Positions 10,572 to 22,997 of a stretch of 64,000 nucleotides of DNA are shown in pieces. The stretch lies in the NCBI GenBank assembly GCA_002104905.1, contig MCFE01000405.1:1-64000 (forward strand). The letters run 5' to 3'. The position numbers and the translations under genes are program-made. Below the pieces are notes generated by a model. It made no database searches. It had not been told where the DNA came from and saw only the letters and a list, made by a program, of their open reading frames with translations. Source of the DNA: Basidiobolus meristosporus CBS 931.73 (taxonomy: Eukaryota > Fungi > Basidiobolomycota). How positions within the stretch are numbered: the first letter of the stretch is position 1; each line of letters starts with the position of its first letter.

Positions 10572-12427
10572 CATCCTTCCTCATCATCACCTAGCCCATA
10601 ATGCATATATCCCCCAGATAATAAACCCCGAAATCCATTCTATCTCGCCTTTCATCCGAAACAATCCACTTTACTCTTCTCTGTTCTCGACGGGGAGTCG
10701 GGGCTTGTGTGCCAAAATTTCGCCCGGTGGGTGCAGATCCCATGACCCTGGTCCCAACCGACTTGGTAACCCTTTCGGCGGTCGCTCACGCCACCCTAGA
10801 TATTCCCACCCCTTGGTGCAACCAAGACCGGCTGGTCGCCTGGTGGGGTGGATCTCGTGGCAGATGTTGCTACCAGCATAAGACAACCTTTGGATCCTGG
10901 GACTGGTGGAACCCGAATCCCTCCCCCTCCGCCCCAGGTAAATTGGGATGAACCTTGGGCATGCCGTCACCACCAAGGCCGAGGAGTGGTGAAGTTGAGT
11001 AGCTGTCTATACTCCAAACGGTCATGTGTGACCTGTGGTGGAAATCTCCCGTGGATTGTATCACCTACTGGCTACAAGTGACGCTCACTCTACGGAGGCC
11101 CCACAAGATACGCGTTCTCCGGTGCCAGCGACCTGGAGCTACACCACTCCACATGGATGGGCGTTCGCTTATGAGGTGGCTGGAAGGTGACCGTGCTTTT
11201 AGCAGACAATCCCTCACTTCATCCGATTTCTAGATGGGATTCCTATCGGCCTGGTTGAGTTGGGGGGATATTTAGAATGGGCCGAATGGTAGGCGTGTCC
11301 TTGATAGATGTGACTTGCAATGCTAGGGAAAATGGATCGGTGGAGAGCTTACTTTCCAACTTTTGACAACAAGCCTGACGGGAATCCTTGACACCACACC
11401 ACAACCCATCCTATGATGCGGGAATCCCATGATGTACCCAGGCAACCATACTCCTCACCAAGACATACGGGGCACCAGGCCTGGTTTGTTTCGATGGATG
11501 CCGGTTCTGCGGTGGGCAAGGAGGTGATTCCCCGCTTGGGGCGAAACCAGTTCGACGGAGCTTCGGGATCTCAGAAGTCAGGAACATGCCACCGGATGCC
11601 TTGGAGGGTTGGGTACTCGTAGTGAACGTTCCAGAATGCTCCCGGAAGATCTCCATCATGACCGGGCTCCCACCGAACCGAACCAACTGGTCGCGATGCC
11701 AGTAGGACGGGGGGGGGACTCTTTCGTACTTGGCGCGCTCTGGTTGGTACGGTGGTAGGTAATCTTGCTAGCTTCCGAAGGTGGCAGGTAAAGGGAGTAT
11801 CAGGTTCTCGTTTCCTGCTTGTCATTCCGGATTCGAACCTGTTTGGAACATTTACGGGGAACGCATCGGGTTGGTTAATAGGCCACAAGGCCTGGATCCA
11901 CGCCAAATCTTGCCAAGATCGTTCGCTGCAAATATCCGGGCCAGGGGATAGGGATCATACTTAGCGTACAAGCAGGACCCAACCGGGCCTACATAACCTG
12001 TATGCTCATCTGGTTCCAAAGTGCAAGCCACGCACTTACCTATATCCGCTTGGTGAGCTCAAATGCTCTCTGTCCGACATTTCTACCAGGGAGATCGCTC
12101 AGCATGGGATGCAGTGTGCGTACCCCATGCAAAAAGTGGGGGGGGGATTGTATTTGTGGACCTGAACCTTCCGTTCAGGCAATCCTTATTGCCAGGTGAC
12201 CCAACTTTAATTGATCCCCTCCAGTCTCAGTGGCTATAATACTAGTTCGTGAATAACCCATTGGCATTTGGAATCAGTTCACCTGATCGGGTAGTAGTCT
12301 TACGAATTGTTTGCGTTATCACTTAAGTATTGATCCTGATCAGGTATTCAATGTTGGCTAATAGCAGGGGCACATCCGGCACATTACAGTAGAGTCATGC
12401 ATGGCCAGACACTACGGCATATAAAAC

Positions 12428-12470
12428 TGTGGCAGGAGTCTTGGAGATATTGGAAATGACTGGGAGAGCT
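12428..12470 (-). mobile_element. Short remnant of a copia family-A LTR terminus
   Basis: tgtggcaggagtcttggagatattggaaatgactgggag resembles family-A terminus tgttgtaagagtcttggagatattggaagtgattgg. Confidence 0.55.
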
Positions 12471-12711
12471 GATTGATTAGAAGGTTCTCTCTTGATGGCT
12501 GGTCGAGTGTAACAGTGGTATTTACACTCCCTACGAAAAATCTCTTCCTTGGAACTCATCCGAGGATCTGCTGGCATTCGGCTGGTACTCTAATGGTGTT
12601 TTGCTGACGTGCAACCGGGGTCTTTTCTGGAATTTTTTGGTGGCGATTCTTTGCGGATGTAGGGAGTAAGTGATCCCCCAGTCAAGTGTGAATGCTGGTC
12701 AGCCTAGTCTC

Positions 12712-12903
12712 TGTTGTCAGAGTTTTGGAGATATTGGAAGTGATTGGGAGAACAATTGGATTATGTGGTTTTCACTTCATGATTTACTGGATGCAAAAGC
12801 AGTATTTGTACTTTTACATGATCTTGGCAAAAAAAACATGTAGCATATGCTGAGGAAGTGCCCAAGAGCATGTGTGCAAAGTTTGGGACTGCTTGGACAA
12901 CTT
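12712..12903 (-). mobile_element. Partial copia family-A LTR at the edge of the TE cluster
   Basis: Aligns with the first ~190 bp of the LTRs at 17644 and 21564. Confidence 0.8.
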
Positions 12904-12909
12904 TTTTTG

Positions 12910-15325
12910 ACCAGCAATTCAGTTTTTGGAAGGCTTCTGAATGATGAATTAAGGAAATCAAGTGCCAATGAAATGGTAAAAGAAAAAGCTTTATTAAGCA
13001 GCAATAAGCAGCCAAGAGCATAATCCAGGCCCTTTAAGGGCAGCTGCAACCTCTTTTGCAGTTACTGCAAAAGGAAAGGACACATATCAGACCGGTGCCT
13101 CACAAAGTGGGATAATCTTCAGAGTAAGCCTGAGTATGGATATGCTACAACAACTGAAGATAGACTGTTCATATCTGCACATAATATGGCCACAAACAAG
13201 GATTCACAGACAGTCTATATTGAATCTGGGGCATCCCAGCACTTTGCTCATCAAAAAGAACATTTTACCTGATATCATAAAATTGCAATCAAGCAGGTTT
13301 TCAGGGGAGAAAACAACATGCTTGATGCAGTTGGACAGGGAACTATCAAGTAGGCCACCACAGTAATGAAAAGGCCCTACACTTATTTTGAAAGAAGTAT
13401 CCTATGTACAACATATAGCCAAGAACCTACTATCTGTAAGCAAGGCAACCACACAAGGACTTAGTTTCAGCTTTGGCAATTCTAGATGCAGGATTACTGA
13501 TCAAAATGGCCCTCATATTGCTTTGGGTATCAGAGATCAGAATCTATACAGACTACTATTCAAGTGCTAAGGTTCATTCAGAACCAAGAAAACATCAGAT
13601 CTAAATTCACTCAGATCTGGGTAGATCTATGCAAAATTTATCCTTACGCAAATTGAAGTATTTAATCAGAATTATTGACAATTACACAGGTTACATGTGG
13701 GTCTACCTCATAGAAAGAAAGAAAGAAGCTCTATCTAAGCTCAGGGAGCTCAAAGAGAGAGAGAAACTGGTGAAAAAAATCAAGAAAACACACTTGGAAA
13801 ATGGTGGACAATATATCCCAAAGCTCTTCATCTGCTTCAGCAAGATTCATGGCATAGAGCAAGAGACTACTGTGCCATACTTCTCACACCAAAATGGAGT
13901 GCCAGAACATGCAAACAGGTCAATCATTAATATGGAAAAGTCCATGATTCATGATTGTAATGTATCCTAGGATTTTTGTGGAGAATCAGTTGCTACAGCT
14001 TTATATCTCACATATAGAAGTTATAGCAGAGTGCTTTGTGATTATGCTCCAGTTGAGGCATGGTATGCATACATGTCAAGTGAAGATCACCTAAAAATAT
14101 TTAGCTGCACAGCAAATGCCAAGTAACTGTATGGATATCAGTCAAAGTTTGAGCCAAAAAGTGTAAACACATATTTTTGGGCCACTACAATAAGAGTCCG
14201 GCTTAAAGACTCTACAATACCAACGCAAAGAAGCGGACCCAGTCCAGGGGCTTGTTGTCTGACAAAAACTCAAAAGTCTCAAAAAAAATACACCAGACAA
14301 TGCTAAAAATTTGACATAGAGTCCATCAATGTTAAGGATTGAGTCAGAGTAGGAAAAAGCTCATTTTTCCACTCTAGAGGACATAGCAATTATTGTTCAG
14401 CCTGAAGCAGTACCCAGCAGTATCCCAGAAGTGATCCTTCTGCTGTAAAGATTTGTATTCCACCTAAATATTCACCTACTTAGTCACTTAGATTATTACC
14501 TTCAAATCCTAGAGAACACTGACCAAATTCCTTGATATGATTTACTTCAAATATTTTCACTGTATTTCAGGTACCATGAGTATGAAAATTCTCAAAGTTG
14601 TCCAAACAGCCCTAAACCTTGCACACATGTTCTTGGGACCTTCCTAAACCTATTATATGTGTTTGTTATGCCAAGACCATGTAAAAGTATAAGTACTACT
14701 TTTACATTCAATAAATCATTAGGTGCAAACCACATAATCTACTTGTTCTCCCAATCACTTCCAATACCTCCAAGACTCTTACAACACATTCCACTATTGC
14801 AAGGCAGGATATCCAACCAGATTAGAAATAGACCTGATTACTATATCAATGAGGGTACACACTCAGCCTATGCCTATTCACTCCATATTGCTGAGTCTCA
14901 GACTGCAAGAGAGGCCCTAAATAGCCCTCAGACAATGTCCAGAAGATCTGCAATGACTGAGGAATACCAAGCCCTAATGAGAAATCAAACTTGCAACTTG
15001 GTCAAATTAACAATCAATCTGATCTCAATTGGATGCAGATGGGTCTTCAAGACAAAATTCAAGGCTGATGATACAATTGAAAGTTACAAATGAAGACTAG
15101 CGGCCAACAAATACTCCCAAACAGATGAACTGGACCATACTGAGACCTTTGCGCTGGTAGCCAGGTTTAATTCTGACATATTAATTGTGGCTATTGCAGC
15201 CAAATATAAGCTTTTTATTTATTATATGAAAATGAAAGCTCCATTTTTAAGTGGAGAGCTTGATGAGGATGTGTAAATGAACCAGCCTGATGATTATGCT
15301 GACAAGAGAGCAACCATCTGGCCTG
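12910..15325 (+). mobile_element. Degenerate Ty1/copia family-A copy (A0): gag zinc knuckle, protease, integrase, start of RT
   Basis: Zinc-knuckle codons ~13060-13097, YIESGASQHF, integrase fragment 13629-13970, RT N-terminus to ~15320. Many stops and frameshifts; interrupted by a solo LTR. Confidence 0.85.
14441..14786 (+). mobile_element. Solo copia family-A LTR inserted into A0
   Basis: TGCTGTAA...TTACAACA termini. Flanks ccttc/cattc; the uninterrupted site in A1 reads gtgatCATTCca, so the TSD is CATTC. Confidence 0.9.
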
Positions 15326-15818
15326 TGTTATGAATAGACACAAAGCAGGAGAGTAGAGCTAGGCAAGGAAGGATCATGAAAGGACTTAGGTGTGTATCAA
15401 CAAGGCAAGGTTGTTTATTCAAGACCTGTGTTTATCAGACTGAGGAATACATTTGGGGGGATAATGCTATATACACTTTTTGGCTATAAAGATGCCAAGA
15501 GATATTGGCTAATACTGATGGGGTTCTGGGGTGTGGCACAGTGTTGTATCCAAGAGAAAAGTGTAATAAAGCTCTTGAATGAGTTAACTGAACCTAAGTG
15601 ACAACTATGTGCAGAATCTTAGAATTGTCAAGAGTGTCAGAAATATTAGCAGAGAGGTTCTGGTCTAATATTGGTCTTATATATAGCTGAGTTGGGCTAT
15701 AAAGGTAACAGAGTAGGTTTGCTATGCAGGCTAGGCTTGGTGTTCTTGAGAGTGCTAGATATGCTAAGCTTGGGTAGAAACTAGAATGGATTTGTTGAAT
15801 TTGTAATTTGTTGTGACA
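15326..15818 (-). mobile_element. Probable LTR of another family
   Basis: TGT...ACA ends, TATA-like and AATAAA motifs on the minus strand, begins where A0 homology stops. No TSD found. Confidence 0.45.
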
Positions 15819-16850
15819 TACACTAAACCAAAATGTTCAGTAAACTTTATTTATTCTTTTCTGATTGAGTTGCATTAGTAGGCGCCAAGAGACTGGACTA
15901 ATTGAAATCTGTTGGGGTGTTGATAGGTGCATAAGATAAATGAAAGATTGCATCATTAATCAGCTGATGTCTTGGCAACTGCTAAGTGGTTGGATAAATC
16001 TCAGATGACTAATCAGTTGGAAAGGCTTAGCAGATCAGTTGAGTACGTAATGACCACATGAAAGTTAATCAGGTGTGACAGCTAAAAATAGATTCTGAGA
16101 AGTGATAAAATAAATCATAACAGGGATTGGTTATGTTTGGGTCAGGGAAAATTAGTTAGGGTACTAAATTTTCTAATGGGGTGAAATTGGCCAAGTTTTA
16201 AATGTTGATACACAACACAAAATAAGTGTGCAAAGATGGAAACATACTAAAGAACAGGCTAGAACATCACCTGGGGATCTGTCAAGGGGCAGCTGATCAA
16301 GGGACTAGGTCACATGACATGCAATCACCATAAATGGTATTGTGCTACATAAATTCCAAAAGGAAGCTTCCATAGAATGTTCCATTGTGTAATGCTGACT
16401 TGGAGCTTTCCAAAGGCTGCTAGAATGTAACAGCACTTTCTAGAAAGAGCTGGGATTTCTTCACAAACTTGATTTGGTTAGTTCATGAAAGGGTAAGGAT
16501 GTCAGGAAATCATGTCAGTCTGTTAGCTTAAAAAACAAATATATGGGCTAGACAATTACCATGAGCATAGATTTACAAGATAGATTCTTACTTTTGATTG
16601 TTATTTGGAACAATTGAGCTTCCAGAGAAATACCGCTGACTGTAGTATCTGCTATAGCCAGATAGAGTAAATCTAGTTCTATTAGCTCTATACAGAAATA
16701 AACTTTTAATTGCCACCAATAGCCAAGAAACCTTGCAAGCCACTATATTCATCCTAGCTAGGGAGCTCAGATGTCCAATCAAGGTGAACTCAGTTACTAC
16801 TGAGGGACAAAGTTCCCCATAGAAAGTGATACCCAGAATATCACCCTCAG

Positions 16851-17222
16851 CCAGTCCTAGTATATTCAAAATATACTTAGGAAGTACCAAATGGAAGACT
16901 GTAAACTGGCAGCTACCCCTATGGAGACAAACCTTAGCTTTGTCAATGCTCAGTTAAATCAAGGGTGTTTGGTGCCATTGAAAAGCCCTGAGTTCCCTTA
17001 CTAATCTACAACTGGCAGTCTGATGAATATCATGCTTGGAATACATCTAGATATCTCATATTTACTGGGAGCTGTCAGCAAGCATTCTCAGAACAATAGG
17101 TCTGGCCATATTGCAACAGTTAAGCAAATATTTAGATATGGTACTGCTAATATTTGTTTAAGGTACAACTAAAAGGATCCAGAACAAGATCTTGTGAGAT
17201 ACACTGGTGCTGATTGGAGACA
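16851..17222 (+). mobile_element. Copia family-A RT/RNase H fragment (probable continuation of A0)
   Basis: Matches the reverse complement of A2 ~23880-24250 (QSKYIQDILKKYQMEDCK through ADW region). Confidence 0.75.
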
Positions 17223-17384
17223 CCTATGCCATTGGCATTAAGAAGCTAGGGAGCCCCAATGTATTGGTAATTAGTTGAATAATCCTTTGAAGAATAGCTT
17301 TGCTCCATGGATGGATCCTATCCAGATAAGCCCTAAGGTGTGGGCAATTAGTTACGTAAGGAAGGACTTGAATGAATGTTGTGG

Positions 17385-20300
17385 TGGTGTTTGAGTCCAA
17401 GGGGGAAATAAATCTAACACTTGTCAGTGTTGTGTGTGTGGGGTGCTCATTATGTGCACTAACATCTGGCAAAAGCTGTGTGGAATACTTGAGTTTTATC
17501 TATGCATTAATGTGAACAGCACAAGGACTCAAGCTTGTCAAGGGAGGACTATTGAGCTACAGTCCCCATTCAGTTGGTGCCTTAACCAACATAAGTGCTG
17601 GATGCAGTGTACCATGGAATGACAATGTACTAAAGCTTATGACTGTTGTGAGAGTCTTGGAGATATTGGAAGTGATTAGGAGGACAAGTAGATTGTGTGG
17701 TTTTTGCATAATGATTTATTGAATGTAAAAGTAGTATTTATACTTTTACATGGTCTTGGCATAGCAAACACATAGAATAGGATAAGAAGGTCCCAAGAAC
17801 ATGTGTGCAAAGTTTGGGGCTGCTTGGACAGCTTTGAGAATTTTCATGTTCTGGGTACCTGGTATTTTGGTGAAAATATTCTAAGTAAATCCCAACAAGG
17901 AATTTGGTCAGTATACTCTAGGATTTGAAGGTTATGATCTAAGTGACCAAGTGAGGTGAATATTTAGGTGGAAATACAAATTTTACAATACTCTCACTCA
18001 ACTAAATGTTCATACTGACTAGTCCTAATTTTGACCTAACATATTCAAACTTGTCTCTAGCTAATGGTTTGGTAAATATAGCTGCAATCATTTCATCTGT
18101 AGGACAGTAAACTAAGCTAACTAAGTTATTCTCTATAGCTTCATGTATGAAATGATGTCTAATATCTATGTGCTTGGTTCTAGCATGAAAAGTTGGATTT
18201 CTACCTAGTTGTATACATGCTTGATTATTGTGAAATAAAGTAATAGGCATTTTTTGACATAGGCCTAAATCTGTAAAAAGCTTTCTTAGCCACATTGCTT
18301 CTTTAGTAGCTTCACAGGCTGCCATGTACTCTGCCTCTATGGTAGAGAGTGCTACGGTTGGCTGCTTTCTTGAATTCCATGAAATTGCTCCTTGACAGTA
18401 AAGAAAGGTGTATCCTGTGGTGGATCTTCTGTCTTCCAAATTTTGTCCCTAATCAGCATCAGAGTATCCCAAAAGATCCTGTTCTGAATCCTGATAAGTG
18501 TATCTTAAGCAGATATCAGCAGTTCCTTTTAGGTATCTAAAAATCCGCTTAACTGCTGCAATATGATCAGATCCATAGTTCTGATTATGTTAGCTCACAA
18601 CTCCCACCGAATATGAGATATCTGGACATGTTCCAAGCAAGATATACATCAGACTAGTGACCATAGATTGATAAGGAAAGTCCAGGCTCTTGGTGATTGA
18701 TTGAGACCATATAGTGACTGTTTAAGCTTGCAGACCAAATGGGGGTTATCTTGGTCAACAAACCCATCAGGCTGGTCCATATACATGTCCTTAGCAAGTT
18801 CTCCATTCAAAAATGCAGCTTTTACATTCATTTGATGAATAAAAAACCTATATTTGGCTGCAATAGCCAATATTACTCTGATGGAATTAAACTTGGCTAC
18901 CAGTGCAAAGGTCTCAGTATAGTCAAGTCCTTTTGTTTGAGAGTATCCTTTGGCTACAAGTCTTGCTGTGTATCTTTCAATTGTACCATCAGCCTTGTAT
19001 TTTGTCTTGAAGACCCTTCTGCATCCAATTGATTTTTGGCTGATTAGTAATTTGACTAAGTCCCAAGTTTGATTTTCCATCAGGGCCTGATATTCCTCAG
19101 TCATTGCAGATCTCCAAAACATCATCTGAGGGCTACTTAGGACCTCCTTAACAGTCTGGGGCTCATCAATATGGACTGAATAGGCATAGGCTAAGTTTGT
19201 ACCCTCATAGATATAGTAATTTGGGCTATTTCTTGTCCAACCAAATCTCCGGGCATTTGATACTGGAATGATCACTTCTGGGATATTCCTGGGCACTGAT
19301 TCTGGCTGAACCACAGTTGTAGAGTCATCTGGAGAGAAAAAGTTATCACTGTTTTGCTCTGATTCAATCCTGACAATTAGTGGACTTGAGATGAAATTTT
19401 TGTCATCATCTGATGTCATTTTTTGTGAAAATTTTGAATTTTCTTGAACAACACATCTGTGGACTTGATCAGCCTCTTTGCTTTGGTATTGTAGAGTCTG
19501 TATGCCTTACGCTCATTGCAGTAGCCCAAAATTATGCATTTTACACTTTTGGCTCAATTTTTGACTGATTTCTGGCCAGTTTTTTGGCATATGCTGTACA
19601 CCCAAGTATTCTTAGATGTTCTGCACATGGTCTGTATCCATACCATGCTTCAAATGGAGTAGAATCACAAAGTATTCTGTTACAACTCCTATTTTCAAGG
19701 TATACAGCAGTGGCAACTGAATCTGCCCAAAAATCATAGGATAATTTTTATCATGAATCATAGATCTTGTCATATCAATTATTGATCTGTTAGCACATTC
19801 TGCTACTCCATATTGCTGTGGGGAGTATGGTACAGTAGTCTCTAGCTATATCCCATGAATTTTGCAGAAGTGGATGAAGAGTTTTGAGGTATATTCTCCA
19901 CCATTATCAGAACATATCTTCTTGATTTTTTCACCAGTTTCTCTCTCCACCATGGCTTTAAACTCCCTGAACTTAGACATAGCTTCTTCCTTTCTCTCCA
20001 TGAAGTAGACCCATGTGTATCTTGTATAACCATCAACAAAAGTGATTAAATACTTCATCTTGCCTAAGGATAAATCTTGCATACGTCTGCATAGATCTGA
20101 TTGAATTAGATCTAACTTTTTCTTAGTTTTGATTATCCCAGAGCTCTTGAATGGTTGTCTGGCTTGTTTCCCATATATGCAGGCTTCACAGTGCTCCAAA
20201 TTAGCTGGGGGATTAATTTTCACTCCAGAAATTAGCAGATCTTTGATCATTTTACGCAAATAATAAAAATTGATGTGCCCAAATCTCCTGTGCCAAAGCA

Positions 20301-22200
20301 TTGGTATTTCTTCATTTAAGTTACCTATATTGGCTTCCAGATATGATGGAATATAAGTCAACTTGTATAGATTATGATCTCCAATGCCCAAAGCAATAAG
20401 GGCACCATTTTTATCAGTGATCCTACATCCAGAATTGTCAAAACTGAAACTGAGTCCTTCTGCTGTGGCCTTGCTTACAGTGAGTAGGTTCTTGGCTATT
20501 CCTGGTAGATAGAGTACTTCTTTAAAGGTCAGTGTATGACTTCCTTCACTGCTTCTAAGGTTTACCTGGATATTTCCTTCTCCCACTGCATCAAGTGTTC
20601 TATTGTCACCCATGAAAACCTTCTTAATTGGAATTTCTTGATATTGGGTAAAAAGTTCTTTTGGATGTGTAAAGTGTTGAGAAGCTCCAGAGTCAATATA
20701 CCACGTCTGAGAATCCTTGTTTGTGGTCATATTTAGTGCTGATATGAATAGTCTATCTTCAGTTGTTGCAGCATTTCCATATTCAGGCTTCTTTTGCTGA
20801 TTATCCTTCTTTTTGAGACACCAGTCTGATGTGTATCCTTTTGTTTTGCAGTAATTGCAAAACAGGTTGCTGTTGTCTCTGTAGGGTCTGGGGCACCTCC
20901 TTTGTTGGTTATCATTGCTTATTAAAGCATTTTGTTCTTCCTTCTTATTGGTGCTTGATTTTCTTAATTCTTCATCCAGGAGCCTTCCATATACATAATC
21001 TAAGGTCAAATCTTAACTCTGGACTCTATGGCTGATACAAGGCCCTGAAACTTGTCTGTCAGGCCATTCAGGAAGGTAACTATCACATCCTCATCAGTAG
21101 TTGGTACACCCACAGATTCCATCTCATCAAACAGCAGGGTAATTCTGTTAATTAGGATTTTCATTTCTTCTCCTGGAGGCATCTCTGTAGTAAAGAATTT
21201 TTGTCTCAGATACACTTTCTTAGCAGCTGAACATGACTGATAGGTGTCTTCTAATGCCTTCCAGGCATTCTTTGCCTTTTTTGCTCTTGAGCATTGAATT
21301 AGCAATTTGTCTTTAACATTAAGGCAAATGCAGTTAAAGGCACTTTATACTTTCTTCCGGTACTTCAAGGCCTCCTCTCCACATTTTTAGGAGGGCATTC
21401 TTCTCCCATGACAATATCCCAAAGGCCTCTTTCTTGTAGCAGCATCTTCATTTTCACCTTCCACACTTGGTAGTTAATTCCATCCAACTTTTCAGCAGAG
21501 GGAAAAATTTCAGTAATAGCAGTAGTGGACATTGCAGAGAGTGATAGCTTGGTGCTCATAAGCTGTTGTAAGAGTCTTGGAGATATTGGAAGTGATTGGA
21601 AGGACAAGCAGATTATGTGGTTTTCACTTAATGACTTATTGAATGTAAGAGTAGTACTTATACTTTTACATGGTCTTGGCATAACAAACACATAGAATAG
21701 GTTAAGGAAGGTCCCAAGAACATATGTGCAAAGTTTGGGGCTGTTTGGACAACTTTGAGAATTTTCATGTTCTGGGTACCTGGTATTTTGGTAAAAATAT
21801 TCTAAGTTAATACCAGCAAGGAATTTGGTCAGTATTCTCTAGGACTTGAAGGTAATGATCTAAGTGACTAAGTTAGGTGAGTATTTAGGTGGAAATACAA
21901 ATTTTACAAGAATGACTTCAAAGCAATTGCAAATACAACCAGCAGGGACTTGACAGCCATGCAGCTGTGATCAACAGTTACAGAGAAAAAAAGGTATCTT
22001 TGACTGTAAAAGAACAGACCTGGGAAGGAGTCAAATATTACAAAAGATGCCCACTGTTGATATAATATCCAGGGAGTTCTTCCAAGGTTAGTTGGATGTC
22101 TGCATAGTTCCCTGTGAGAATACTTCAGTATCAGCAGGAATAAAAACTGGTTGACTTAGGAAACAATACTAATCACAATAAGCTAAATTGGCTATTACCA
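17385..22200 (-). mobile_element. Diverged gypsy C-like LTR split by the A1 insertion (17385-17643 and 21912-~22200)
   Basis: Both pieces match the reverse complement of the C1 LTR and join seamlessly across the ATGAC TSD. Right boundary approximate. Confidence 0.75.
17644..21911 (-). mobile_element. Ty1/copia LTR retrotransposon A1, non-autonomous
   Basis: LTRs 17644-17990 and 21564-21911 (~8% divergent by eye); perfect TSD ATGAC; PBS GCTTATGAGCACC at 21551-21563; degenerate PPT. Order gag, WYIDSGASQHF, integrase, RT, RNase H; ~410-bp deletion removes YVDD. Confidence 0.95.
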
Positions 22201-22997
22201 AAATTGGATTAGTAAAAGTAGTGAAGTAGAAAATATGAGAGTGAGTGGCTTTATGAGCCCATTGCAATGCAATAAGAAGCTAACTACTATTAGGACTTGT
22301 CTGTAATATGATACTTGCCAATGGACAACATAATCAATATTGCTATATTACACATGTTCAGTCTACCAGTTGCTAAATTACCAGATGTACTGTGTCATTT
22401 AGAGCCCTCAGGGCCCTTGTATGAGAATTCTCAGGTCATTCTGAAGTTTTCAGTTTTCTAAAGATGACTGTAATTTTCTAGTACCTTACCATTAGTAATC
22501 ACTTAGCAATCAGGATAAGTATTTAAAGTAGCTTCATCTGTAACCAATAATTTGTACTTTCCACTAATATCACAATTGCTTGATAGATTTACAGTTGAGC
22601 ACTACACCTACCTGCAACAGTTAAACCTCAGGCCTGCTATTAAGGAGCTTTTCAGGGTAGAGCACAAGACACACAAAGGTTGTTAGAGACACCTGGAGCA
22701 CCTAGGATACTAGAGAAGTAGGGGCTTTAACCATATTGACATAGTGATAGAGCTACCAGCAGTGTGAACCCAGTGGTTACTGAACAAATCAAATACCTCA
22801 CACACCTTAAGTTGTATAGCATCTACTAAGAAAACTTATTTTTTGATATGGGTCAAATAATGAAAGGTGCACAAGTTGTTTCTATCAAGGAGATACCTGC
22901 TGAACTTTGGCAAAGTTGTCCAAATGGGAGTCAATTACTAATTGCATCCAGCCTAATTTCACAGTACTTGACCAATTATTCAACATCTAGGGATACT

